DNA of 64,000 bases, taken from the IMG/VR virus record IMGVR_UViG_3300021425_003554, one strand, 5' to 3'. Both the position numbers and the translations under genes were made by a program. Below, in pieces: positions 46,332-55,749 of this stretch. Position 1 is the first letter of the stretch; each line of letters starts with the position of its first letter. The notes beneath the pieces are model-generated. The model made no database searches. It saw nothing but the letters and a program-made list of their open reading frames with translations, and was not told the origin of the DNA. Source of the DNA: a virus. Its lineage: Duplodnaviria > Caudoviricetes.

Positions 46332-46497
46332 ACTCTACATCGTCATCGTCTTGATGCATACCTGTTCTTGGTGCCTTACATCTAGGACACTTGGTCTTCT
46401 CTCCATCGATGTCGTCCATATTACATTCGCCACATATCCAAGGCTTCTCTGCCTCATCACTCTCTGCGTCAAACATAAAATCATATAAGTCGTCCAT
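46279..46497 (-). CDS. Zinc-ribbon acidic protein
   Basis: WICGEC..CPRCKAP (RanBP2-like); AAGGAG RBS. Confidence 0.6.
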   Translation of the reverse strand: MDDLYDFMFDAESDEAEKPWICGECNMDDIDGEKTKCPRCKAPRTGMHQDDDDVEYDENGEAIDTEYYEKYY

Positions 46498-46794
46498 ATT
46501 TCTCTCCTTTGTTGATTGTTAGACTTTTATACAAATTCTTAACCATACCTCCACCATAACCATATCATAGCGATAACGGCAATGGTCAGATATTGCCATA
46601 AAGTTGGTTCCGTTGATACTTCTATCATCTGTTCTCCTTTCAGTCATCTGTCAATTTAAAATAATTTTATCAAGATTATAACCTGTATCACAAGGATGAA
46701 GAATGGTACGATCGTTCTAATCAATTCCATTGTGTGATTGTATTCATCCAACTTCCTCTCAAATTTATTTCTTTTCTTTTTTCTCATATTCCTC

Positions 46795-47367
46795 CTATTC
46801 CGGTTTCATAAATGTGTGATTGCCTATCACTTCTATCAATTCAAATTCTTTGGCCCAATGTGGATACACAAGGTTATGGTTATAATAGTATGTGGCTCCT
46901 TGAGTGTTATCATATAGATGTCCTGATATGGTGTCCAGAGCAATATGCACCGAATCTCTCCATGCTGTCATATTGGCTTCTATGGTCGTGCCATCCATAT
47001 ATTGGATCCAAATAGTGTCCTTCTCTCCATCACACCACCATGAAAATTGGCATCTGTGTTTCCTAGGAATATACACTCTGTCTTCTTTAGACAATGTGGG
47101 ATCCTTCTTTGTCTTCCAACTTTCTCTCACTGGACCTTCCTTGACCACTTCACAATATGTGTTGGGGTGTGCCTCACTCTTAACTCTATTACGGGTCACA
47201 TTGGCCACCGCCTGTTTGCCTGAATGCGATTCTGCTCTGGCTTCGAAATATATGTTCTGCGATAGACACCATAATTCTTTTTGATCAATCTGGATATGGT
47301 TGTCTGCCCCAAACTGGGTCATTAGACTGATCATCAGTGCCATTGCCGCTTCGTTGATTATATTCAT
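46795..47367 (-). CDS. Cell wall hydrolase (Hydrolase_2/SleB/CwlJ family)
   Basis: CLSQNIYFEARAE, VANVTRNR, CQFSWWCDG, GATYYY, IGNHTF. Confidence 0.92.
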   Translation of the reverse strand: MNIINEAAMALMISLMTQFGADNHIQIDQKELWCLSQNIYFEARAESHSGKQAVANVTRNRVKSEAHPNTYCEVVKEGPVRESWKTKKDPTLSKEDRVYIPRKHRCQFSWWCDGEKDTIWIQYMDGTTIEANMTAWRDSVHIALDTISGHLYDNTQGATYYYNHNLVYPHWAKEFELIEVIGNHTFMKPE

Positions 47368-47528
47368 TTCATATCCTTCCAATCCATAGTAGGATCTGTG
47401 TCTAATTTTGTAATATCAGTCACAGTATAATCCGGAAATCTAGAAACGATATCCTCGCCTGTGTCTGAATAGACATGAGTTGTAATAGTTCTATCTGTCA
47501 TCTTCAATGTAAAACTCCATGCCTGCAT
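47364..47528 (-). CDS. Small hypothetical protein (54 aa, not in track)
   Basis: Coupled to both neighbours. Confidence 0.55.
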   Translation of the reverse strand: MQAWSFTLKMTDRTITTHVYSDTGEDIVSRFPDYTVTDITKLDTDPTMDWKDMK

Positions 47529-47851
47529 TATTCGTCCTTTGCCAGAGCATCTGCCATATGGTCTGCTCTGCCCTGTTCGTATTCGTCGTTTTCGTCATTG
47601 TTAAAATAGTCTTCCCAAAACTCATCTGTCTCTTTCTCCCTTAACAGGTTTGAGTGTAATTGGCTCTCCTCGTCGATCAAGCCCAGCTCTCTGAAATCAT
47701 GGAGCATATCTTCAAATGGTATTTGGTCATTGCTATTCCATCTGACCACGCCTTCATGATCAATATGGGCACCTGTGTGACCGTTGGTACCAAACCAGTT
47801 GTCTCTGATCTGGTCTTCGTTGTATCTACAATCGTTGATCAATTTAACCAT
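47528..47851 (-). CDS. Hypothetical protein
   Basis: GGAGG RBS, TAATG junction. Confidence 0.65.
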   Translation of the reverse strand: MVKLINDCRYNEDQIRDNWFGTNGHTGAHIDHEGVVRWNSNDQIPFEDMLHDFRELGLIDEESQLHSNLLREKETDEFWEDYFNNDENDEYEQGRADHMADALAKDE

Positions 47852-48231
47852 TAAGCCACCTCCTTTAAAAGTTCTGTAGCCGGTTCCCAATCAATACCGT
47901 TGTCTGAATATTGCCAAGTACCCTTCATGAATAAAAATAAATGACCGATGTGTTTTCTCATTTCTTCCTTGTTCCAAGAAAGATTAGATTCAATAACATC
48001 ACCAAATCCATCCACATACCAATAATCATCTTTTCGGAAAGTTGGCATCAGAGTAGGTGAGTCCACCGCTTTCATGGCATCTTCTTTAGTTGGATATTTG
48101 TTCAAAAGTATTTGAGCCATAGCCGTATAACTTACATTCCAACCTGTTTCGATGGCAACCACATTTGACGAAGCGTCAATGTATCCTACCATGATACCGT
48201 GTTTATTTGTATAATCAATTTTGTTTAACAT
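47851..48231 (-). CDS. Early hypothetical protein
   Basis: AGGAGGTGT RBS after promoter; distantly resembles 49741 ORF. Confidence 0.7.
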   Translation of the reverse strand: MLNKIDYTNKHGIMVGYIDASSNVVAIETGWNVSYTAMAQILLNKYPTKEDAMKAVDSPTLMPTFRKDDYWYVDGFGDVIESNLSWNKEEMRKHIGHLFLFMKGTWQYSDNGIDWEPATELLKEVA

Positions 48232-48262
48232 TTTTTACACCTCCTGTTTAAATGTATAATTC

Positions 48263-48362
48263 AGTATAACACGGAACCAAATACGGTCAACCTGGTGATC
48301 TTGCTAAAAGATACTATATCTAGTGCCACCCTTCCGAGCTCGATACTACATCTAGTATCTTT
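48263..48362 (-). promoter_or_regulatory. Early promoter plus upstream stem-loop cassette (copy 1)
   Basis: GGTTGAC-N17-TATACT (48263-48292) plus imperfect ~19-bp IR with 20-nt loop (48307-48362). Confidence 0.8.
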
Positions 48363-48387
48363 CTAAAAAACCTATATTTTTTGGAAA

Positions 48388-48618
48388 TTATTTGGTGATT
48401 TTTTTGTAGATCGAATGTAATACATAAAACCAAACACCGTTGATCGCGGGTTCTATCAAGGCCACTGCTCCCGACTGCCATAGACTGGCTCCGGTCATCA
48501 CACTTACCACAATCATGGCGATGCAGATGTGTCCTATGGTGTAAATGATCGCCAACATAAGGCTGGATCCCTGTAGGAGTCGTTTCAGAAAATTAAATGC
48601 GCCTTCGTTTATTTCCAT
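48388..48618 (-). CDS. DUF2061-like membrane protein
   Basis: YTIGHICIAM, ALIEP..WFYVLH. Confidence 0.65.
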   Translation of the reverse strand: MEINEGAFNFLKRLLQGSSLMLAIIYTIGHICIAMIVVSVMTGASLWQSGAVALIEPAINGVWFYVLHSIYKKITK

Positions 48619-48634
48619 ATCAATCTATAATTAG

Positions 48635-48677
48635 CAACCAGCAAGGTGAGGTGTAAAGTATGAATCCTTGCTGGTTG
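48635..48677. other. 12-bp perfect hairpin with SD/anti-SD loop
   Basis: CAACCAGCAAGG-19 nt containing GAGGTGTAA-CCTTGCTGGTTG. Confidence 0.6.
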
Positions 48678-48838
48678 TATTCCCTACGGAATTCTTTAAT
48701 CCTTTTCCTCCCACCAAAGTTTTTCTGATTTTTTCTCTTCATCATTGAAATATTTTGGTAAAATTTTGAGAGCGAGGTAAAAACCCCCCACGGTCAATAT
48801 CATGCCCAAGGCGAACAATCCAAATCCTGCTTCTACCG

Positions 48839-49072
48839 TCATTGTTCTAGATACACTCCGTTCTCCTCCAATGCTTTCTCAATGATGCCCCTGTCTTTGT
48901 AGGTCCAAACCTCGAAACCGGCCGAGTTCATCTCGTCACCGTCCACCACACAATCAATACCTTCTCCTGATAGGATTGATTTTATGCTCGGAACAATGCT
49001 CCTGTCCTCATCCAGATCCCAACTTCCTATGTCAGCGACTTGGAAATAATGTTTTTTAGTTTTATCAGTCAT
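48839..49072 (-). CDS. Hypothetical protein
   Basis: Start refined to coupled ATG. Confidence 0.6.
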   Translation of the reverse strand: MTDKTKKHYFQVADIGSWDLDEDRSIVPSIKSILSGEGIDCVVDGDEMNSAGFEVWTYKDRGIIEKALEENGVYLEQ

Positions 49073-49073
49073 T

Positions 49074-49271
49074 TTATTTTCCAACCATCTTTTTGAAATT
49101 TTGATTGATAAGATGATGATCTCTAGCATCGGCCACCGTCTCCGGTTTTGGGGTGTCGTGGTCTATCAATTGGTTGATCATATCGATCGCCAGATCATTG
49201 TTCCCATCCTGGATACTTTCTTTTATGGCAGTCAATACCTGCAACTTATCGGTCATTCCGTTTATGTTCAT
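49074..49271 (-). CDS. Hypothetical protein
   Basis: GGAGG RBS. Confidence 0.6.
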   Translation of the reverse strand: MNINGMTDKLQVLTAIKESIQDGNNDLAIDMINQLIDHDTPKPETVADARDHHLINQNFKKMVGK

Positions 49272-49501
49272 TATGCCTCCTCCTTCACTAAACCTAAGTC
49301 ATAAAGCCTATCGGCTATCCACACTTGGGGATCTCCGTCTCTGGCTTTGGCTGTACCATATGGCATCTCTCCTGATCCCACATAGTAATCATATAAATCA
49401 TCATACAACGGTCCTCCCACATCGGCTAGATCGTCTAGATCTCCGCCCAGAGCATCGTGTTTGATCAATATGTTTTTCACTTCATCGTATTCACTTGTCA
49501 T
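49271..49501 (-). CDS. Hypothetical phage protein
   Basis: GEMPYGTAKARDGDP motif; coupled. Confidence 0.7.
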   Translation of the reverse strand: MTSEYDEVKNILIKHDALGGDLDDLADVGGPLYDDLYDYYVGSGEMPYGTAKARDGDPQVWIADRLYDLGLVKEEA

Positions 49502-49741
49502 CTATGCTACCTCCCTTTCTAAATGATTTATGGGTCTACCATACTTTGTGAAAAGATAATCATTGGCTTGGCAATGTTCATCAATTTCAATATCAGTCAT
49601 ATCTGAAAAATAACGGAACTCAAATTCTCCTTTGTCATTCTCCACTTCGATGGGTACTTCATCCAACCAAATCCTCACAGAAGCCTTGCCTGCTTCATCC
49701 AAATCATTGTAATCGTATGCCTCAATCTTGATTATTTTCAT
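49502..49741 (-). CDS. Hypothetical protein
   Basis: Coupled ORF. Confidence 0.65.
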   Translation of the reverse strand: MKIIKIEAYDYNDLDEAGKASVRIWLDEVPIEVENDKGEFEFRYFSDMTDIEIDEHCQANDYLFTKYGRPINHLEREVA

Positions 49742-50259
49742 TATGCCACCTTCCTTTCCTTCTTGTCATTGAGATATCTCTGTAGGCTCTCGATGTGTTC
49801 CTGGATGGCCTTTTCTTCCACAGGATTGAAACCCGCGGCATCTGAATAATGGGCATAGAACCAAGTCATACAAGGTTTGCCCAAGAAATCCTTCTCGCCC
49901 GCATCCTTCATTAGGTAGATGTATTCCTCACCAGAGTTGAATCCATCTTTGAGATACTCTGCTTCATTTTTGAATATCCTAGGGCCTTGATCCCGCTCAC
50001 CTCGGTCTCTCATATAATAACAATTCATATGCTCAAAGTCCGATCCAAACCTTGCCTTGTCGAAGTCGTGCTTCTCACCTATTGTGACGCCCCACTTGGA
50101 TGAATTGCCCAGTTTGATCGCCTTTAATACCTTTTTGGAATCTGTCCAGTTTTCACATAGGTTGTAGCCTAGACCCGAAAGGTATCCATCCCAATGTTGA
50201 TATGCGGAAATGATTGTTCCGTTTTTTTGTTTTATTCCTATTCTTGCTCTTGTTGCCAT
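49741..50259 (-). CDS. Conserved phage hypothetical protein
   Basis: MATRARIG..YQHWDGY..GEEYIYL pattern. Confidence 0.75.
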   Translation of the reverse strand: MATRARIGIKQKNGTIISAYQHWDGYLSGLGYNLCENWTDSKKVLKAIKLGNSSKWGVTIGEKHDFDKARFGSDFEHMNCYYMRDRGERDQGPRIFKNEAEYLKDGFNSGEEYIYLMKDAGEKDFLGKPCMTWFYAHYSDAAGFNPVEEKAIQEHIESLQRYLNDKKERKVA

Positions 50260-50333
50260 TATGCCACCATCCCTTCTTTTAGTTTGTCGTTGATTTTCAT
50301 ATATGCTCTAACAGTTTCAAATTTTGGTTCTTT

Positions 50334-50651
50334 TTACAATTGATTGATTGCCACCAACTCTGCTTCTGCCTTGTGATATGCTCTTTCATTGTCGATAGTT
50401 TTTTTAATATCGTTTAGGTAATATGATCTATCTGATGAACCAAAACCTTCCTCTTCTGGCCAATCGTTCAAAGACCAAAGACATTCATTGGCAACTCCTA
50501 ACTCGTGTCTAGTTTTAACCCAACCTTCTCTAACGGCACTGATCATCAATGATCGAACTAGATCTGTTTCACCTGTATAATTTTCAATTATTTCATTTTC
50601 TAACTCTGATTGAGTAAGATTTTTGGTATAGTGTTCACATTTTTTATACAT
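50334..50651 (-). CDS. Early hypothetical protein (possibly nonsense-truncated)
   Basis: GAGGTG RBS; stop followed by 24 in-frame sense codons. Confidence 0.6.
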   Translation of the reverse strand: MYKKCEHYTKNLTQSELENEIIENYTGETDLVRSLMISAVREGWVKTRHELGVANECLWSLNDWPEEEGFGSSDRSYYLNDIKKTIDNERAYHKAEAELVAINQL

Positions 50652-50677
50652 TTTCACCTCTCCTTTGTTCATAATTC

Positions 50678-50778
50678 AGTATAGCATGGATGGTAATAGC
50701 GTCAACCTGGTGATCTTGCTAAAAGATACTATATCTAGTGCCACTCCTTCGAGCTCGATACTACATCTAGTATCTTTT
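50678..50778 (-). promoter_or_regulatory. Early promoter plus upstream stem-loop cassette (copy 2)
   Basis: Near-identical to 48296-48362 across the hairpin; promoter part identical to 53786-53825. Confidence 0.8.
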
Positions 50779-50806
50779 AAAAAAATCATATTTTCTAAGG
50801 GTTTTT

Positions 50807-51025
50807 TCATCCAAATATCAAACCTGCCACATAGATCAGAGTTAGACCAGCATTCAGAACGATCAAAGAGTTCTCTCTCCAAAGTATGCCTATTACCACC
50901 CATATGCCATTTGCCACACAGAACAGATACACATACCAAGGATACAAGTTGAATGCCGCCAGTGTGGCCGCCATGATCAGTATGACTGTCCCAGTCCATG
51001 CCAAGGGTTGGTAAGGTTTAATCAT
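50807..51025 (-). CDS. Three-TM small membrane protein
   Basis: LAWTGTVIL..NLYPWY..GILWRE..LNAG. Confidence 0.65.
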   Translation of the reverse strand: MIKPYQPLAWTGTVILIMAATLAAFNLYPWYVYLFCVANGIWVVIGILWRENSLIVLNAGLTLIYVAGLIFG

Positions 51026-51302
51026 TGGTTCTTTCATATAAAGTAAATCTATCTGCGAATTTTTTGTGGCAATATGCCGACGGTCTCGAATAAACACATA
51101 CCCTACCCTCTTCTATGAATACCGATGATCCACGGTACTTTTTTCTGATCTTAACAACCTTTGCCAGTCTACTCGCCATGTAATGATTATACCAATTGTT
51201 AGGTATGTCTTTGGCAAAAGCCGATTCAGACTCTGGTGCCTTGTATTGTTTCAACCATACCTGTATATCTACGGGCAGACAAAATTTAACTAAACTGTCC
51301 AT
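51018..51302 (-). CDS. Hypothetical protein
   Basis: Coupled ORF. Confidence 0.6.
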   Translation of the reverse strand: MDSLVKFCLPVDIQVWLKQYKAPESESAFAKDIPNNWYNHYMASRLAKVVKIRKKYRGSSVFIEEGRVCVYSRPSAYCHKKFADRFTLYERTND

Positions 51303-52051
51303 TAGACGTCGTCACCCTCCATCACATAGAAACTTGATGACTTACCGGTGCTGTCTTCTTGAAGGTAATGAATTTCACCATCATACTCGATCTCATTGAA
51401 ACACTTGAATCCATCACAATTTTCATAGGCTATCTTCATCCTCTTGAAGTCAAACCCATCTGGTCCGGTCTTGATAACGCCTTCGGTACCCCAACCACCT
51501 TTGTTGAAATACTGGCCGAACAGGTAATACTTGTCCTTGCAAGAGTCAGATCCGGAATGATGTTCTGCCAAACAATTGACCTTGACACCAAGTTTCTTGA
51601 ACTTCTCCATCTCGACCTGTTGATCCTCAACGAACCCACCATCGTCGTCTCGTAGGGCATTGCCGTCTTTGTCCGTCTCCGTTATCGTCACATACTGACC
51701 ATCAGAGAACTCCGGTCCGCTCATATGGCAGATGTCCTCGTACTCGTAGAACTCCTTATCAAATCTTGCATTTTCAGGCACACCATATTTCTCATTGGCC
51801 TCCGCTGGATCGAATCCTCTGTCGTTTAGGTATTGTGCCAGGTCATCCTTGCCTTCCCAGAAGTCAAATTGCTCCTTGGTTATCGAACCCATTGCCACTT
51901 CTCCTCCGTACCTACCAAAGTCCAACTTGAAATACCTTTCCGGTGTCTTGATTGCTTTTATCAATCGCTTCTGTTCCTTGATCTTCTTGGCTGTTTTCTT
52001 CACAGCCTTCTTGGTCTTCTTGGGTGTTGCCTTTTTCTTTTTCTTCGCCAT
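51302..52051 (-). CDS. Hypothetical protein with Lys-rich N-terminus
   Basis: AAGGAG RBS, 249 aa. Confidence 0.75.
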   Translation of the reverse strand: MAKKKKKATPKKTKKAVKKTAKKIKEQKRLIKAIKTPERYFKLDFGRYGGEVAMGSITKEQFDFWEGKDDLAQYLNDRGFDPAEANEKYGVPENARFDKEFYEYEDICHMSGPEFSDGQYVTITETDKDGNALRDDDGGFVEDQQVEMEKFKKLGVKVNCLAEHHSGSDSCKDKYYLFGQYFNKGGWGTEGVIKTGPDGFDFKRMKIAYENCDGFKCFNEIEYDGEIHYLQEDSTGKSSSFYVMEGDDV

Positions 52052-52063
52052 AGTCTCTCCTTG

Positions 52064-52327
52064 TTATCCGTTTAAGAAATGCCCCAGGTGATCTGGTTGT
52101 CTGTTCTTGGCAGGTGTATGACCCAGGTAATTGTGGCCTTCGTTGACCACTTGGGGTCTACCACCACCTATGTCAATCACCCAACCTGCAGGCCCTTGCA
52201 TAACTGCCTTGCCTTTGCAGACTTGACCAACATTGTTTTTATACCAAACCCGGTCGCCCTTCTGGATCTCGTCAAACAATTCGTCCTCCCATGCTTCGTC
52301 CTTTAATGGAAAATATTTTTCTGGCAT
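52064..52327 (-). CDS. SH3-like small protein
   Basis: IQKGDRVWY..GKAVM. Confidence 0.6.
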   Translation of the reverse strand: MPEKYFPLKDEAWEDELFDEIQKGDRVWYKNNVGQVCKGKAVMQGPAGWVIDIGGGRPQVVNEGHNYLGHTPAKNRQPDHLGHFLNG

Positions 52328-52665
52328 TATACCTTCTCCTTTTCAAGTTCGTGGATAGGGTCTTCTTGGTATGGTTCAAAGTCCAATGACGCCGACTCAT
52401 ACAATTCGTACCATCTATCCTCTATCTGTTTATATTCCTCTATCAGCTCGCTCGGTTCCATGTTATGGAAACCCTTGAAACCACCTTCCAAGATGTGGGT
52501 CAGTGTAGAGTAATCACCCTCACGATAATCTGACATGATGCCCGCGAACTCCGCCTGTAGGCATCTCTCTGCCATCACATAGGGTGTCAGTTTCATAGCA
52601 CGATTGTCTTCGTATAAGTGATCCTCGTGTCTGTCCATTATGATGTCTGCCAGTCTAGTTCCCAT
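52327..52665 (-). CDS. Hypothetical protein
   Basis: Coupled ORF. Confidence 0.65.
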   Translation of the reverse strand: MGTRLADIIMDRHEDHLYEDNRAMKLTPYVMAERCLQAEFAGIMSDYREGDYSTLTHILEGGFKGFHNMEPSELIEEYKQIEDRWYELYESASLDFEPYQEDPIHELEKEKV

Positions 52666-52835
52666 TATATTTCCTCCGTTTCAATATGTTCTCTATATTC
52701 CCAATCTTCATTGTCGACTTCGCCCTCACCGTTGTGGGCCATTTGGTAGGCCTCATCTTCGTCCTTGGCTTCTACTATGAAAGTCTTTTGAACATCATAA
52801 CTCAGAACGACTGAGAATTGTTTTTTGTCTGCCAT
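52665..52835 (-). CDS. Small acidic protein (56 aa, not in track)
   Basis: MADKKQFSVVLSY..VEAKDEDEA; coupled both sides. Confidence 0.6.
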   Translation of the reverse strand: MADKKQFSVVLSYDVQKTFIVEAKDEDEAYQMAHNGEGEVDNEDWEYREHIETEEI

Positions 52836-53470
52836 TATGCCTCCTCACCTATGTTGATCGCATTGCCTTTCACATACTCCGTGACATCTTCTTTCTCGGC
52901 TTCCTGTTCGGCTTCCCATTCTGCCATGGACTCTGTGATATTGAACATCTCGTCCAGTGTGGAACCAACGCCGTCCTGCCAAAAGTCATCTGTGGATTCG
53001 TAATCGCTGGGTTTATAACAATCATCTGCTCCATTGTCCCACTCACCCATGAAGTCACATCCACCTTCATAGTAGTATGCCTTCAATGAACATTCCTCGT
53101 TCTTGGCAAGGAAGTATTCATAAGCACCGATGGGTGGTGACCAGGCCGATGAGAATGCGAACGAAATAGTTGATTCGCCCTCACTCTGTTCTGTTAGATA
53201 TTGTCTGTCCACTCCGTAGAACTCATTGACGTCCCACTTGGTGCTCCAATTATCGCAGGCCCAACTGTACCAGTCTGAGTAGCCATACTTGGCCTTCAAC
53301 TTCTTGTTTTCTGAACCATCCGCCGTTGTGTTTCTCAACTCCTCAGGCATTGGATGGAAGAAGTTCAGAAGTCCACCACTATCTTTTTCTTCCTTTACTA
53401 TCTTCTCGATCTTGTCTATCACGGAGTTTGGCCCCGTGATAGTGACTTGATTATCGCACCAATTAGGCAT
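52835..53470 (-). CDS. Api92-like / DUF1281 ferredoxin-like domain protein
   Basis: MPNWC N-terminus, WYSWACDNWSTKW, FSSAWSPP, YYEGG. Confidence 0.8.
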   Translation of the reverse strand: MPNWCDNQVTITGPNSVIDKIEKIVKEEKDSGGLLNFFHPMPEELRNTTADGSENKKLKAKYGYSDWYSWACDNWSTKWDVNEFYGVDRQYLTEQSEGESTISFAFSSAWSPPIGAYEYFLAKNEECSLKAYYYEGGCDFMGEWDNGADDCYKPSDYESTDDFWQDGVGSTLDEMFNITESMAEWEAEQEAEKEDVTEYVKGNAINIGEEA

Positions 53471-53759
53471 TGATCGCCTCCTTGGTTTTGATTGGCGTTA
53501 AGTGAGAACCAGGTACATTCCATCTAGTTCCACTATCAGTTCTTACCAACACATATTTGATCTTGATCTTTTCAACAGTACCTTTTTCTGTTCTGCCGTA
53601 TCTGCCTTGGAAAGACACCCTGTCACCAACTTTCAATGAACGAGCATCCAATGAGTGTAATTGATTTCTTCTCAATTTCACCGCATCTATAACTTGATTC
53701 AATTCATCCGTGTTCAAAGTGTAGATGTCTTGGATCATTTTGTTTAGTTTTATATACAT
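53463..53759 (-). CDS. Early SH3-like protein
   Basis: LKVGDRVSF..GTVEK..WNVP; AGGAGGTGT RBS. Confidence 0.7.
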   Translation of the reverse strand: MYIKLNKMIQDIYTLNTDELNQVIDAVKLRRNQLHSLDARSLKVGDRVSFQGRYGRTEKGTVEKIKIKYVLVRTDSGTRWNVPGSHLTPIKTKEAINA

Positions 53760-53792
53760 ATTCTTAACACCTCCTATTAATGTTTATAATTC

Positions 53793-53854
53793 AGTATAGC
53801 ATGGATGGTAATAGCGTCAACCTGGCAAAAAGTCGCATAGAATGGAAGGTTTTT
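53793..53854 (-). promoter_or_regulatory. Early promoter plus upstream TCGCATA(G/A)AATGGAA element
   Basis: GGTTGAC-N17-TATACT; motif at 53827-53854. Confidence 0.8.
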
Positions 53855-53893
53855 AATTATTTTTGGTGTGAAATATATAGAAATAATTACAGT

Positions 53894-54781
53894 ATGCCTG
53901 ATTTGATAGTGAGACTTGATAAAAATAATGATCATAATGACACATACGATTTAAACTATAATTTTTTGGATAACTCTTTTGTATCAAAATGGATAGATCG
54001 TTATCGTTTTTCACAGAGCCGAGGCGATGACATATCCACCCGGGATCAGTTCTATGGATTGAATTCAGAATGGACCGCGGAAAAGACCATATCGATCATC
54101 AACGAACGAGTGGATCAAATTAATCAATTGGTACCCGGTCTCATAGATAAAAAAGTGAATGATATAAATGATCAAGACACTCTCAATTATCTACACTCTT
54201 TCTTTGAACGATATCACGGCAAAGTAGATGCATGGTTGTCCGACCCGTGGTGGCAGGATAAACCTCGTGAATTAAGACCCATATGGTCAGACCTAAACAA
54301 TTACATTCACAGGTTGGAAGGATACAGGAACGGCAATCCAACACCCAGGATCAAGGTGTGTTGGTATGACACTCCCAAGATCAAAACATTTGATCCGGAA
54401 GACTATGCTCTGTTTGAAACAGGACATCGTTTTGGTTATATGTATTCGCTCTATGCTGATGTGGGCAAGGACATCAGATCATTGGCCTACGACGATGACG
54501 ATCACCATTTGGATTTTGTTCCACCCACTTACTACTCGGCCGACTTCCATTTGAGATTTCAAACTGAATCACAGGAAAAGATAAATGAGGTAGAAACTCG
54601 TTGTCGATCTTTCTACAATCAGAATAGCAACTATTTCATATCAAAAGGATTTGATGCTGATGATCCTAGATTGGTCATGGGATCCATACCCATTTCAAAA
54701 TTAGACTATGATGGTGACCAAGATCAATTACTGAAAGATTTAGGCAATTACAATCGTATCCAAGGTGTGTACCTTGTTTAA
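53894..54781 (+). CDS. Hypothetical phage protein
   Basis: Long plus-strand ORF; start refined since the track start overlaps the promoter repeat. Confidence 0.7.
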   Translation: MPDLIVRLDKNNDHNDTYDLNYNFLDNSFVSKWIDRYRFSQSRGDDISTRDQFYGLNSEWTAEKTISIINERVDQINQLVPGLIDKKVNDINDQDTLNYLHSFFERYHGKVDAWLSDPWWQDKPRELRPIWSDLNNYIHRLEGYRNGNPTPRIKVCWYDTPKIKTFDPEDYALFETGHRFGYMYSLYADVGKDIRSLAYDDDDHHLDFVPPTYYSADFHLRFQTESQEKINEVETRCRSFYNQNSNYFISKGFDADDPRLVMGSIPISKLDYDGDQDQLLKDLGNYNRIQGVYLV

Positions 54782-55002
54782 TTGATGCTTTCTCTTTCTT
54801 TTTGTAATTCGTGTTCAGACACATCTTCAAACCAAACACCGTTGGTTATCTTGTCCAGTGTGTCTTTGACCTCATACAGATCGTCTTCCAACTTCTTTAT
54901 TTTTTCAGATCTTGTTTCAAATTGAATTTGATCCTCTAAAGAAATCTTCTGCCTGATCAACTCTCTTATCTGTCTTTTTTTATCGTCTGTCATGATTTCC
55001 AT
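54778..55002 (-). CDS. Coiled-coil hypothetical protein
   Basis: GGAGG RBS; start refined. Confidence 0.55.
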   Translation of the reverse strand: MEIMTDDKKRQIRELIRQKISLEDQIQFETRSEKIKKLEDDLYEVKDTLDKITNGVWFEDVSEHELQKERESIN

Positions 55003-55009
55003 ATGCCTC

Positions 55010-55240
55010 CTAGTCCAATAGTACCATGTATTCTTTGGGATAGTATTTTTGGAACCAGGCGATGCCTTTTTCCATGTGGTCATAATTGCCCAACATCTCC
55101 GCACCCTTGATAGTATCATAGACTGCCACCGCATCGGGTGATAGTTCAACTTCCTGACCCGAGTATGGATTTTTTATCGTTTCCGGTTTGTCTCCCACCA
55201 CACATTCGAATGGTAAGACCGGTGCCACTGATTTACTCAT
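55010..55240 (-). CDS. Hypothetical phage protein
   Basis: NPYSGQEVEL..YDTIKG..WF..Y..EYMVLLD; promoter at 55262-55291. Confidence 0.7.
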   Translation of the reverse strand: MSKSVAPVLPFECVVGDKPETIKNPYSGQEVELSPDAVAVYDTIKGAEMLGNYDHMEKGIAWFQKYYPKEYMVLLD

Positions 55241-55261
55241 ATCATCTCCTTTGTTAATTTG

Positions 55262-55291
55262 ATTATATAATAGATTACCATACGGTCAACC
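55262..55291 (-). promoter_or_regulatory. Early promoter
   Basis: GGTTGAC-N17-TATAAT. Confidence 0.7.
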
Positions 55292-55559
55292 TTGCCTCTT
55301 TGAGTGCCCGTTCTATGGCTGTTCTCCTGCCCTCTTCGGTGTTGGGCGAGGTATATCTGTATGTCCAATCGGGTGATCCATCGCCATCGGTGTGACCCCT
55401 GGGATATTTCTGGCCGTTGATCCTGACCAACCACCCTGCCACATTCACACACTCCAGTTCGTCGGAATCCTCATACTTTCTATTCCAATAATCGTTGTCG
55501 GTCCACTCGGTCTGTATCTTGAGTGGGATACCCTCATTCGCTATCGCTCTACTGATCAT
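55275..55559 (-). CDS. Hypothetical protein
   Basis: AAGAGG RBS. Confidence 0.6.
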   Translation of the reverse strand: MISRAIANEGIPLKIQTEWTDNDYWNRKYEDSDELECVNVAGWLVRINGQKYPRGHTDGDGSPDWTYRYTSPNTEEGRRTAIERALKEARLTVW

Positions 55560-55749
55560 CTTTTATCCTCTTTATTATTTTGGGTTTTCTTGGAGCCAAT
55601 TGATTCCTGATATGTTCCTCGTCAAAACCCATCATCCTTTTGAATTTTCCGTTTACCTTGACTGAATAATTGTATGGTGGTCCGGACCACGGAGACAACT
55701 CTATGTTCTCGTATCCGACCACCATCTGCTTTTTGGATTTTTTTACCAA
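55549..55749 (-). CDS. Hypothetical protein
   Basis: Coupled basic ORF. Confidence 0.55.
   Translation of the reverse strand: MVKKSKKQMVVGYENIELSPWSGPPYNYSVKVNGKFKRMMGFDEEHIRNQLAPRKPKIIKRIKDDQ

Noticed and set aside
50665-50952. ORFs starting MFIIQYSMDGNSVNL (50665 and the 53780 track start)
   Set aside because: The shared N-terminus is the antisense translation of the repeated promoter cassette, not a protein family
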